Shown here one piece after another: positions 36,680 through 46,165 of a DNA stretch of 64,000 bases. Within the stretch, counting starts at the first letter, position 1. Every line of letters starts with the position of its first letter. Made by a program: the position numbers and the translations under genes. The notes beneath the pieces were generated by a model. That model was not told the origin of the DNA and searched no databases. It saw only the letters and a program-made list of their open reading frames with translations. The DNA is from Elusimicrobiota bacterium (GTDB lineage: Bacteria > Elusimicrobiota > Elusimicrobia > UBA1565 > JACRDR01): positions 32,001-96,000 of the forward strand of contig JBGFSC010000007.1 in the NCBI GenBank assembly GCA_041694815.1, in the 5' to 3' direction.

Positions 36680-38238
36680 TTCGCGCCGTCGTCCTATCCG
36701 TCGTGCTGGTTTCTTCCGCGCGGGCCATACCGGCACCAGTGCAGATACAGCTCGTTCCTCAGGGACAAGTCGAGATACGCGGCGCAGGCGGAGAATGGAC
36801 TCGAGTCTCCGGGCGCATCAATCTAGAACCCGGGCAGGAGGTGCGCACCAAGGACGCCTCGGCGGCGCTCATCACCTTCTCCGACGGCTCCAAGCTCGCC
36901 CTTTCTCCCAACGCGCAGTTCGCCGTGGAGAAATCGGATCGCCAGGAGACGACGCTCAAGCTCGGCCTCGGCAAGCTCCGCGCCTTCTTCGCGGGATACA
37001 TGAGCAGCCGCCTGAGCGTGCGCACCCCGACGGCGGTCGCCGCCGTGCGCGGCACCGAGTTCGAGCTCTCCGCCGACTCGCAAGGGCAGAGCGAGGTCAA
37101 CGTCCGCGAGGGGCATCTGGAGGTCTCTGATAATCAGGGTCGGCAGGCGGTGGTCACCTCCGAGGAGACGCTGCGCGTCACCGAACGGGGCATGGAAAGG
37201 CCGCAGCTCGTCTCGCTCACCGACGAGCGCGCCCAGCAGGCCGCTCGGCCCCTCGTGGTGATGGCCGAGACGGGCAAGGACCAAACCCGCACGATGGTCG
37301 AGGAGCTACGCAACCGGGAGCTCAAGGCCAACGAGGCGCAGCTCGGCAAGAATATCATCGACGCCTTCGGCAGACGCGTGCGCTTAGAGGAATACCTGCT
37401 GCGCCCGGCCCCGAACCAATTCAAGCTGCTCTTCTTGAGCTTCCGCGAGAACCGCTTTGACTGGGGCCATCTCATCGAGACCTTCAAGAACCCGATCCCC
37501 AACGACTTAAGCCAGCTCTCCTCCATTTTCGCCGGCTCCTTCTTCTCGAAGACGGCGCCCTCGAACTGGATCACCTACATGGAGTTCTTCGCCACCAACA
37601 CCGTCGACTCGATCAAGGAGACCATCACCTTCGGCGACCCGACGGCGATCGATTTCAGCGGCTTCGGTCCGAGCGTGGGCACGCGGTATTACCCGGCCAC
37701 CATGGATTACAAGCAGATATTCAGCGGCCCCGGGGTGCCGGGGGGCACGCGCACCCAGTTCCGCTTGCAGCACTCCTGGAATAACCCGAATCCGGGGCGC
37801 ATCACCTGGCAGCAGGACGTGGTCAACAACCTCGGCGTCCTGACGCCGATATTCCAGGCCGCGATGAACCCCGCCAACGCCGCCGAGGTGGCGGCCGACG
37901 GCATCGAGACGATCAACCTCTACGGGAATCCGACGATCGACTTCAACACCGTGACCTCCTTCCCCAGCGGCAAGGGCAAGGCCGATTTCATGAGCAAGAC
38001 GACCTACGCGGACAATTCCTGGGTATCGACACGCAAGATCTTGGTTAGCAACGAGGGTAATATCTTCGATTTTGCCAACCCCAACGCCGACGCTTTCACG
38101 AAGGTGGGCAACTACAACGTGGAGATCGTGGTCGGCTCGAGCATGTTCCAGGGGCGCGACATCGACGTGATAATCGCCCCAGAGATCCTGTCGCAGAAGA
38201 AGACCGGCACGACCCAGCCGGACGCGTTCAGCCCCTAA
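36667..38238 (+). CDS. Secreted FecR-domain protein
   Basis: Likely start MENIIRAVV at 36667; signal peptide; EVRTKDASAALITFSDGS...VRTPTAVAAVRGTEF...VREGHLEV. Confidence 0.8.
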   Translation: MENIIRAVVLSVVLVSSARAIPAPVQIQLVPQGQVEIRGAGGEWTRVSGRINLEPGQEVRTKDASAALITFSDGSKLALSPNAQFAVEKSDRQETTLKLGLGKLRAFFAGYMSSRLSVRTPTAVAAVRGTEFELSADSQGQSEVNVREGHLEVSDNQGRQAVVTSEETLRVTERGMERPQLVSLTDERAQQAARPLVVMAETGKDQTRTMVEELRNRELKANEAQLGKNIIDAFGRRVRLEEYLLRPAPNQFKLLFLSFRENRFDWGHLIETFKNPIPNDLSQLSSIFAGSFFSKTAPSNWITYMEFFATNTVDSIKETITFGDPTAIDFSGFGPSVGTRYYPATMDYKQIFSGPGVPGGTRTQFRLQHSWNNPNPGRITWQQDVVNNLGVLTPIFQAAMNPANAAEVAADGIETINLYGNPTIDFNTVTSFPSGKGKADFMSKTTYADNSWVSTRKILVSNEGNIFDFANPNADAFTKVGNYNVEIVVGSSMFQGRDIDVIIAPEILSQKKTGTTQPDAFSP

Positions 38239-38247
38239 GTCGCGCTC

Positions 38248-38532
38248 TCAAGCGGTTGGAGGCCATCGTCGAGCGGCATGCAGGATGGCTAATATTTCTA
38301 TTCGATCGTCCTTGACCCGGTAAGGAATAACGAAAGGTATTCCGGCAACTACGAGCTCTCTCGTTCCCTCGATCCGTCCGCTTCGGCCTAAATGAGGATG
38401 CTCCAGCAGGACTTGCGCCGCATTCCGGAGGCGCCTGACGACGGCCTCGGCTGCAACTTGTTTTTCCGCGGCGATATAATCATAGACTTGAGCCAGGTCC
38501 TGCACCGCCAATCGGGTCCAGAATAGCCTCAC
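38248..38532 (-). CDS. RelE/ParE-family toxin
   Basis: GTG start overlapping the antitoxin stop (GTGA); WTRLAVQDLAQVYDYIA...HPHLGRSGRIEGTRELV...ILHAARRWP. Confidence 0.9.
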   Translation of the reverse strand: MRLFWTRLAVQDLAQVYDYIAAEKQVAAEAVVRRLRNAAQVLLEHPHLGRSGRIEGTRELVVAGIPFVIPYRVKDDRIEILAILHAARRWPPTA

Positions 38533-38771
38533 CTGCGTTTGCGCCGTCGCGAGAAAGCGTGCTTCACATCGGAGTCTGCGACAAGCTCTCCCGCTTCCGC
38601 CTGCCGAAGGCCTTCTTGTATATGCTCCATTTGCCACCGGTAAACCTCAAGATAGGACCGAACGGCTTCGTTTAAAACATAGCTGCGATCGCGATCAAGG
38701 CCGGCAGCGATCGCGTCCAGGGCCCTCTTTTGATTGGCATCTAAGCGGAAAGTAATTGTTTCCCGGCGCAT
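38529..38771 (-). CDS. Ribbon-helix-helix (CopG-like) antitoxin
   Basis: TITFRLD...LDAIAAGLDRDRSYVLNEAVRSYLE...WQMEHIQEGLRQAEAG; AGGAGG RBS. Confidence 0.9.
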   Translation of the reverse strand: MRRETITFRLDANQKRALDAIAAGLDRDRSYVLNEAVRSYLEVYRWQMEHIQEGLRQAEAGELVADSDVKHAFSRRRKRR

Positions 38772-38943
38772 AAATCCTCCTTAATACATTGACATACATT
38801 AGCTTACACTAGAATATATCCGATTGCAAGTGGGTTCTCCAAACCTAATCCGGTTGCAGTATTTGCAACTGGCTGACATTCTGGCTGACAAATTTGTGTC
38901 CCCGGGGACACTAAGATTGTCAGAAGCCCCTTAACCAAGGCCC

Positions 38944-39300
38944 TTACTTTTTCTTTTCGGCGCCGGTTGCGGGGGTGGCTCCGGCAGTCGGAGTGGAAAG
39001 CTCCACCTCACTAGCAGTGCTCGTGGACTTCGAAAGGCTCCGCTTCGCTTTCGCGGCGGCCGCTGCGTCGCGCCGGGCCTGGGCGAGCTCACCAAAAGCC
39101 TTGCGGCAAGCGGGCAGGGCGACATCCTGGCGGTTCCTCAAGCAGCGCATCAGCTTGGATCCCTTAAGGCCGGAACAGAACAATCCGATCTCGTTGTCGC
39201 AGATATCCTCGATATTCGCCTCGCCGGTGTGAGCGGCTGGAAGGCATAAAGCCGTCAGCAGGCCGGCCGCGAGGGCTCGTCGTAAAAATTTGAAAGGCAC
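38944..39300 (-). CDS. Small secreted cysteine-rich protein
   Basis: Signal peptide; C..EI..FC...MRCL...ACR pattern. Confidence 0.6.
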   Translation of the reverse strand: MPFKFLRRALAAGLLTALCLPAAHTGEANIEDICDNEIGLFCSGLKGSKLMRCLRNRQDVALPACRKAFGELAQARRDAAAAAKAKRSLSKSTSTASEVELSTPTAGATPATGAEKKK

Positions 39301-39418
39301 TGCTATTTATATAGGAATTAAACCCCGCCGGGTCAAGAAGCAATCGCGACAGAAGTAATCGCGCGGCACAACCAGTCGCAAGGAACTCGAAGCGGCGCTG
39401 GAATTCGTCAAAAAAAGA

Positions 39419-42400
39419 TTAGAAGGCGTGCACGGCCGCGGTGGCGCGCACCGACGCGTCGGGGTCGCCCCGCAGCCTCGAAACCTCTTCCTTGAAATTC
39501 TTGAAGCGCGGGCGGATCGGCTCCTGGGCGGCCGCCCCCATGGCGGCGATCGCCGTGCGCCGGACGAAGGGGTCCGGGTCGGAAAGCCCGCGCGCGGCCA
39601 GGTCGTAGACGGCGCCCTCGTAGGACTGCGCGGCCGCCAGAGCGGCCAAGGAGCGCGTGCGCGGCTCCGGCGACTCCCCGGCGCGGCGTATCGCCGACTC
39701 GGCGGCGAGCCCCATTTTCCCCAATGCCAGCGCGGCGGCCTCGCGCAGCACGGCCTTAGGATGCTCCAGTCCCAGGGCCACGCGGGAGGCGTCCCGCGCG
39801 TCGCCGATCTTTCCCAAAGCGAGCAGGGCCGACTCCTCGATGTCCGGCTCCGGGTCCCGGATGAGCTCGTGCAGCAGGGCTCTAGCCTCCTCGATCAAGC
39901 CCTCGGATTCCTTGATCTCGGCGGCAATGGCCGTGCAGGCCTGCGGCTTGCCGTTGAGTATCTTGCCCAATTCGAGAAAGGCGTCCGGAGTGGCCGGGTC
40001 GAAGGGATTGGCGATGCGGTTCATGATAGCCCGACGATCGTCGGCGTTGGGGACCCCCGCCACCGAGAGCGCCCCATAGAGGTCGGCCAGGTACTTGCGG
40101 CCAAAGCGCCGGAAGGCGTCCTCGCGCCAAGGCTTGCCGCAAGCGGCTAAAAGCTGCTTAAGGAAGCTCAGGCGGCCCGGCTCCTCCCCGCCCGCGCGAT
40201 CAAATAGCGCGCCCAACAGGGCGGCGGCCGCGCGCCGCACCCTGGGCTCGGGATCCTTGCGGGCTAGGGTTGCGATCTTGAGCCCTTCGCGCGCCGGGGC
40301 ATAGGCGAATTGACCGGTCACCAACGCCCGGCGCAATCCCGCCGAGCCCTCCCATTGGCGGTAGAGCGCCGCGCTCGAATCGTAGGCGGCCAGCAGTATG
40401 CGCCACCAGATGAACTCGTCGAAGCCCTCGGGCGAAAGAAGGCTCGCGAGCTCGAAAACCCCGGGCTCGCCCAGGCCCAGGAGCCTGAGCACGGCCTGGC
40501 GAGGTATATGCCCGTCGAGATCGCCCCCCGAGGCCAAGGCGAGCCAGCCGCGGACCTTGTCTCCTCCCGCCTCGGCCTCGGCGAGCTTGCGCCAGGACTT
40601 CATGCGCTCGCGCAGCGCGGCCTCCTCGCGTTCCGCGTCCAAGGAGCGCCAGGAAGGCGCCGGGAAGCTTGCTCCGGCGTCGGCGGACCAGCCCCCGTCG
40701 GAGACGAGAGCTCCCCAGGGAGTGCTTTGGAATACGGGAGCGCTCGAGAATTCGGCCGAATGGCCCAGGCGATTGTCGCGCCCCTGTATCTCCGCCAAAC
40801 CCCAGCTCGGCTCTCCCCGCTTCATCACGCCCGAGGCGAACTCGGGCAGGATCAGCAGATTGCCGTCGCCGCGGATGCGGGTGAGCGCGACGCCGTTTAC
40901 ATCCCCGCGCCCAGAGCTCCATTGGGCGTAAAAGGTGTTCCCGGAACCCAACGCGTCGAGAACGCCCACTCCGTTATCCCATCCATAGGCCGGACCCACG
41001 CCCCAGTTCAAGACCGCATTGCCATCCCCCTCTAGCCGAAGAGCCCCCACGGCCGTGTGCACCCCCGCGCCCTGCGCGTAGCGCCGGGCCTGCAACCGGT
41101 TTCCATTGCCAACAATCCATAAGGCGCCCAGGCCATGCCAGTACCCGCTGCCCTGCGCGAAATAGCCGCTCGAAAGCCGCGCGCCTTCGCCTTCGACCCT
41201 CGCCAAGCCGAAACCTCCGGCGGCGAAGGCGCGCGGCCCGCGTCCCGTCCCCTGACAAAAGCCGATCGAAGCCGCCGACTCGTGCGGGTCTGGATACTCG
41301 AGCCCGCAGTCGAGCCGAGCGCCGCCCCCGCGGTGATGGAAGATGCCCGCGCCGCGGCTGGAGCCGTGCCCTTGGGCCGCGTAGCTGGCGCTGAAAGTCG
41401 AGCGGCTCGCCTCGGCGTCCAAGACCCCGGCCCCGAAGGCCCCGGCCCCCTGCGAGAAATCGCCGCTGGAAAACTCCAGGCGCTCGCCGCGCGCCAGCGC
41501 GCCTCCCGCCCCGAAGAGGCCGGCGCCGAGGGAGAACGGCCCCGCGGCGAGCCGCTTTTCTCCCTCGGGGTTCGGCAGGTAGAGCAGCCCGATGCCGAAC
41601 AGTCCCGAGGCCGCAGAGGCGCTGCTTTCGACGACGACATCCGAGCCGAAATCGAGAATCACGCGCACTTCGCCGGGCCCCGCGGCGGCGGCCGGGCCCG
41701 CATGGCGATTTTTCCCCCCGAGATCGACGATCAACGCGGCTTTCCGTAAATCCTCGGCCTCGTAGGCGTCGTCTCCGGCGCCGCGGACGAGCACGTCCCC
41801 GGCCGGGCTCTGCCAACGCAGGCGCAGTCCCGCGGGGGCCTTCGCCTTCCGGAAAACCTCGAAATGTTTTTCGATGCTCCTAGAGAGCACCTGCGCCGCC
41901 AACACCGCGGAGGCCGGGTCCCAGCGCTCGGCCAAGGCGAACGCCTCGGGCGCGGGGCGCTCGAAGCCTGCATGCATCAGCGAAGCGCGGAAGGACTGCT
42001 CCAGGCGCAGCCGATCGGGCGCTGGCAGGTTCTCCAGCGCGCGCGACAGCACGGCGCCGGCCTGCGCGACGGCCGAAAGAATCTCCGCCATCGGCCCGCG
42101 CAATCCGAGCGGCAATTCCTTAGGCAGCGAGCCGGGGGGTATGGAGCCTCCGGGCTCCAAGGTCTGCTTTCCCGCGCCGATCAAGGAGCCGGCCAGCTCC
42201 AGCTGGGAAGAAAGGCTCCGCGCCGCGGCGAGCGAAGATCCCCAGGACTCGATCGAGCCCGGAACCGACAAGGGGTCCTCCATCGCATTCTCGATCTCGG
42301 GCATTGTCCAGCGCGTGGGCCAGCGGCCCGGATGGGTGCTCAAATCCTCGCGCGAGGCCCGTAACGCGGCGGCGGCCTTCTCCAGCGGTGACTCCTCGGC

Positions 42401-42442
42401 CCGCAGCGGCGATAAGATCAGCATCAACCAGATGATATTCAT
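39419..42442 (-). CDS. Large secreted protein with Gly-rich repeats and C-terminal HEAT repeats
   Basis: Signal peptide; repeated (S/A/C)QGxG...GxG motifs; HEAT-like 'LREAAALALGKMG', 'DPDPFVRRTAIAAMG'. Confidence 0.75.
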   Translation of the reverse strand: MNIIWLMLILSPLRAEESPLEKAAAALRASREDLSTHPGRWPTRWTMPEIENAMEDPLSVPGSIESWGSSLAAARSLSSQLELAGSLIGAGKQTLEPGGSIPPGSLPKELPLGLRGPMAEILSAVAQAGAVLSRALENLPAPDRLRLEQSFRASLMHAGFERPAPEAFALAERWDPASAVLAAQVLSRSIEKHFEVFRKAKAPAGLRLRWQSPAGDVLVRGAGDDAYEAEDLRKAALIVDLGGKNRHAGPAAAAGPGEVRVILDFGSDVVVESSASAASGLFGIGLLYLPNPEGEKRLAAGPFSLGAGLFGAGGALARGERLEFSSGDFSQGAGAFGAGVLDAEASRSTFSASYAAQGHGSSRGAGIFHHRGGGARLDCGLEYPDPHESAASIGFCQGTGRGPRAFAAGGFGLARVEGEGARLSSGYFAQGSGYWHGLGALWIVGNGNRLQARRYAQGAGVHTAVGALRLEGDGNAVLNWGVGPAYGWDNGVGVLDALGSGNTFYAQWSSGRGDVNGVALTRIRGDGNLLILPEFASGVMKRGEPSWGLAEIQGRDNRLGHSAEFSSAPVFQSTPWGALVSDGGWSADAGASFPAPSWRSLDAEREEAALRERMKSWRKLAEAEAGGDKVRGWLALASGGDLDGHIPRQAVLRLLGLGEPGVFELASLLSPEGFDEFIWWRILLAAYDSSAALYRQWEGSAGLRRALVTGQFAYAPAREGLKIATLARKDPEPRVRRAAAALLGALFDRAGGEEPGRLSFLKQLLAACGKPWREDAFRRFGRKYLADLYGALSVAGVPNADDRRAIMNRIANPFDPATPDAFLELGKILNGKPQACTAIAAEIKESEGLIEEARALLHELIRDPEPDIEESALLALGKIGDARDASRVALGLEHPKAVLREAAALALGKMGLAAESAIRRAGESPEPRTRSLAALAAAQSYEGAVYDLAARGLSDPDPFVRRTAIAAMGAAAQEPIRPRFKNFKEEVSRLRGDPDASVRATAAVHAF

Positions 42443-42520
42443 AAGTAGCGGCGGGCCCTGTCGGGCACTCCGTGATCACGGCATTGTAGCACCCTGAGAA
42501 CTATCCTAAAATCCCCCCGC

Positions 42521-43264
42521 ATGCTCGTCGACGAATTGCTTAAGGAATGGAAGGCCAACGGCAGGCGTTGGCAGGAAGCCTCCCGGCATTGGACTATGCC
42601 GCATATCGAGGCCTTCCACCCGGCGGTCTACGCCGCCGACCTCTACGAGCAGTTCCTCAGGCGCTTCCCACCGGAGCGCGGCGCGATACTTGCCACGAGC
42701 CTCAATCCCGGCCCCTTCGGCATGGCGCAGACGGGAATCCCCTTTACCGACTGCCGCACGGCCAGAAGCGAGCTCGGCCTTCCCGTCGACATTCCCGGAC
42801 GCGCTCCCCCGCGCCTGGTCCGCCTTCTCAAGAAAGAGTCGGGCGCCTGGCGCAGTAGCTACGAGCGCTCCTGCATCGGCGTCTACCGCTTCCTGCGCCT
42901 GGCCTGGCCGGACCTTCGCTCGGCCGCGCGCAACTGGATCGTGCTCAATACCTGCCCCGCCCTTTTCTTGCGCTCGGATATCTGGAAAAACATCACGCCG
43001 GCCGACGCGGCCCTGCGAAACCTGCCGGGGCTGCAGGATTTGCGACGCCAGGCGATCAAGCGATTCGCGCGCGTGCTGCGGCCGCGGGCCGTCGTGTGCA
43101 TCGGCAAGGACGTCGAAAAGATCGTCGGCCCCGTCGCCGAGGCCGAGCTGGGGCGCGGCCGCGTGCTCTACTACCCGCACCCGGCGCGCGCGGTCCCGGA
43201 GCTCTGGGCCCGCGGGCTTCATGAGGAACTCAGGCGCCGCGGCCTGCTACAAGCTAGGCCTTAG
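42521..43264 (+). CDS. Uracil-DNA glycosylase, SMUG1-like (family 3)
   Basis: LNPGPFGMAQTGIPF and a C-terminal HPA motif. Confidence 0.8.
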   Translation: MLVDELLKEWKANGRRWQEASRHWTMPHIEAFHPAVYAADLYEQFLRRFPPERGAILATSLNPGPFGMAQTGIPFTDCRTARSELGLPVDIPGRAPPRLVRLLKKESGAWRSSYERSCIGVYRFLRLAWPDLRSAARNWIVLNTCPALFLRSDIWKNITPADAALRNLPGLQDLRRQAIKRFARVLRPRAVVCIGKDVEKIVGPVAEAELGRGRVLYYPHPARAVPELWARGLHEELRRRGLLQARP

Positions 43265-43371
43265 GGCTTATTTTTCGAGTTCCCTTTTCGCCCAGGCGCT
43301 AAAGCACCAACTGAAACTACAATTAGGAAGGAGATCGGGTCCTGCCGGGCACGGGACTCGAAGGGGTTTTC

Positions 43372-43995
43372 ATGAAAAAAATCATTTTAGCCGCGTTGTC
43401 CGCCTCTTTCCTGGCGCCGGCGTTCGCGCGCGCGAGCTGCAGCATCTCGGTAAGCGTCCATACGAACATCGACAGGTTGAGTCTCGATCAGCAGGTCGGA
43501 GCCGAACGGCTCGACTGCCGCAGAAGCCCCGGCCGCGGCTTCCAGGTGCACGTCATCCGCCGGGTCAAGACCTCGGCCTCGGCCTCCGCCTCGACGCGGG
43601 CGAGCGCCAGCGGCAGCGCCTCGGGCAGCACCTGGGGTTCCTGCACGGCCTCCTGCTCCAACGGCGGCAGCGGCAGCTGCAGCGCGTACGGCAGCTACCA
43701 CGACTACTGTTCCGATTCCGGCTCCGCCAGCGACGGCGCCTCGGCCCAGGAGGAGAGCGTGTTCACCGTCGCCTGGGCCGAGGCGGCCGCCATCGAGGCC
43801 AAGGGATACGCCGTCTCCGGCGAGGGCGAGAAATGCGAGCTTCAAGACAAGGATGGCGCCGCGCTCGACGCGCTTAAGGCCATCGCGCTGGTCACCTGGG
43901 TCTACGGCGAGGCCTTGATGACGGAAAACGGCGCGGATTTAAAGATCTACGACAAGCTCTCCAAGAAACCCTCGAAGAAGGACGCCTCCAAATGA
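43372..43995 (+). CDS. Hypothetical secreted Ser/Cys-rich protein
   Basis: MKKIILAALSASFLAPAFA signal peptide; ATGA-type coupling to the next gene. Confidence 0.7.
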   Translation: MKKIILAALSASFLAPAFARASCSISVSVHTNIDRLSLDQQVGAERLDCRRSPGRGFQVHVIRRVKTSASASASTRASASGSASGSTWGSCTASCSNGGSGSCSAYGSYHDYCSDSGSASDGASAQEESVFTVAWAEAAAIEAKGYAVSGEGEKCELQDKDGAALDALKAIALVTWVYGEALMTENGADLKIYDKLSKKPSKKDASK

Positions 43996-45116
43996 GACCT
44001 TTTCTACTGGCCCTCTGCCTCGTTTCTCCCGCCGCCGCCCAGTTCGAGGAGGCCGAGTCGGCCTTCGAGTCCCTGCGTCGGATGAGCCTCTCCGATCTCA
44101 AGGACGCCGCCGCCGGCATGCCCGCGCCGATAGCCAGGCCCGTCTCCCGACGGGCTCAGGATGGACTGCGTGTCAGCGACGCTACGGTGGCCGAGAGCGA
44201 GCGCTCCCAATGCCCGCGGAAATCGGAGGCCTTAAGCGGTTCGCCCGACACCGACCTGTTCACCTACATCGGCTTCCGCTGGGTGCGCTCCGACGAGTCG
44301 ACCTGCTCGGCCTCGCCCTCGGACAAGGTTCTCTACATCGAGGAGCAGCGCGACCGCCTCGTCTTCTCGGCGCCGCCCGATCTCGAGGATCCCTCCAAGG
44401 CCCGGGCGGAGTACGACTACGCCCTGACAGCTCCCGAATACAAGATCCGCCGCAATTATTATTTCCGCACGGAGCTCGACGGGACCCGGCGCTTCTACCA
44501 TCACGACGCGAGGCTCTATACCGGCCGCAAGATCCCGGAGACGGTGCAAGTGGCCTTCCCGAACCGCGCCGCCTTCCCGCTGTTGCCCTGGGAGGAGCCG
44601 GAATCCTTCACGCTGCGCTACGGCCGGCTGGAGGGGGCCCTTTTGGCGCCGGAGCGCAAGGTCTATGACTACCTCCCGCGCGCGACGAACGGGACGAACG
44701 CCGCTGGCGATCGCATGACTCGGATCGAGTTGACGGCCCAGCGGAAGATGGCACTGACCGGGCCGGACCCGGCAGGGGTACGCCTAAGCCTGGAGACGGA
44801 GGGAAGCGACCTCATGCTGCGGCTCGAGGATCGCTGGGCAGCCTATTACGCGGGAGAGAAGATACAGCTTAAGATCAAGCTAATGAAGAGCGTCTTCTGG
44901 TTCGTCAACAAGACCGCCTACGAGTTCGACGTCGCCTTGGACGTCGATCGCGAGATCCGCATCATCCCGACATCCTCCCTCTGGGACGCCTTCCGCAAGG
45001 ACGGCATCTCCCGGGGCCATGAATACCAGGCCGAGTGGAGCTTCCGGCGGGCCGACAGCAAGATCTCCGGCGGGGACTGGGTCCCGAAGGGCAAGACCAA
45101 CAAGCTTAAACTTTAG
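43992..45116 (+). CDS. Hypothetical secreted protein
   Basis: MRPFLLALCLVSPAAA-Q signal peptide; long ORF with native codon bias. Confidence 0.7.
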   Translation: MRPFLLALCLVSPAAAQFEEAESAFESLRRMSLSDLKDAAAGMPAPIARPVSRRAQDGLRVSDATVAESERSQCPRKSEALSGSPDTDLFTYIGFRWVRSDESTCSASPSDKVLYIEEQRDRLVFSAPPDLEDPSKARAEYDYALTAPEYKIRRNYYFRTELDGTRRFYHHDARLYTGRKIPETVQVAFPNRAAFPLLPWEEPESFTLRYGRLEGALLAPERKVYDYLPRATNGTNAAGDRMTRIELTAQRKMALTGPDPAGVRLSLETEGSDLMLRLEDRWAAYYAGEKIQLKIKLMKSVFWFVNKTAYEFDVALDVDREIRIIPTSSLWDAFRKDGISRGHEYQAEWSFRRADSKISGGDWVPKGKTNKLKL

Positions 45117-46113
45117 ACGGCTCGGCGGGGCAGCTGGGGTAGATGGCGTAGCCGCCATACAGCGGGTCGCCATAGCGCCCGCGCTCTCTATATCCGGGAT
45201 TAAAAACCTTGACCCCACCGACTTTCCGGTAGATGAATGGGCTCAATGCCAGGCGTTCGGCATGCCAGCGTCCCTCCCGACCCGAAGGAATTTCGATCCC
45301 CGGCCCGTAGAGCATAAGATCAGGGGCATCATCTCTGGGCGGCCTAGCTACGGGACAGACGCCCACTCCCTCGTGGGACACATTGATGAGCTTGTGGCCC
45401 ATTTCATGGGCCAGGACCTTGGGCTGGCCAAAGCCCCCGGCTCGGGGGCTCAACGTAATGACGCCCTTGAAACGATCAGGCACCCGGTTCTCCAAAATAT
45501 AGGGCGGAAACGATAGGCCCGAGGTCAAGGTCTCCTCGATTCTCCAGCGATCGGCCTCTTTCGGATCGCGCATGTGCATCGGAAAGCTCACTTCTCTTAA
45601 GCAAACGACTTGGAGGGACTCTCCCCTCTCGGTGATACCCCTCAAAACTCCCTCGAAAACCTGGAGAGCCCGCTCGCTCAATGCGTACCGAATCATCTCT
45701 AGATAGGCGTAGAGATCCCTTTCGCTCAATTCCGGCTGACTCGTATCCCCGGTCATAACGGTCGCCGAAAGTCTCAACCAGTCCTCGGGCGCGCGTATTT
45801 TTCGAGCCCCGAGGAGGCGCACTTGCAACCCATGAGCTCCAAAGGCCTTTTTCGCGGCCAGGATCTGCGGACGCATCGCCTCCCAGGTAACGAAACTGCC
45901 GGAAACGATATGAACGGCGATATCGACGGTAGGAGCGCCGTCCTTTAAATCCCGATTGAATTCCTCGATGGGGTAGGTCTCGAGGATCTCCGTCCGATTG
46001 GAACAGTCCAGCGAATGAATCATCTCCGACGCCATCCTTCCGGCTTCCTCGAAGCCTTGTGAATACGCCAGCGTCGAAAACGCCGCGCCCATGAGGAAAA
46101 GAAGGTTTCGCAC
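45106..46113 (-). CDS. Secreted zincin-like metalloprotease
   Basis: Signal peptide; LAHEMGHKLINVSH (HExxH...H) followed by 'DLM' Met-turn-like motif. Confidence 0.65.
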   Translation of the reverse strand: MRNLLFLMGAAFSTLAYSQGFEEAGRMASEMIHSLDCSNRTEILETYPIEEFNRDLKDGAPTVDIAVHIVSGSFVTWEAMRPQILAAKKAFGAHGLQVRLLGARKIRAPEDWLRLSATVMTGDTSQPELSERDLYAYLEMIRYALSERALQVFEGVLRGITERGESLQVVCLREVSFPMHMRDPKEADRWRIEETLTSGLSFPPYILENRVPDRFKGVITLSPRAGGFGQPKVLAHEMGHKLINVSHEGVGVCPVARPPRDDAPDLMLYGPGIEIPSGREGRWHAERLALSPFIYRKVGGVKVFNPGYRERGRYGDPLYGGYAIYPSCPAEPSKV

Positions 46114-46165
46114 GGCTCGAGTATAACTTGTTGGTTGAGGAAAAATCTAGTAAAATTCGATCTTC

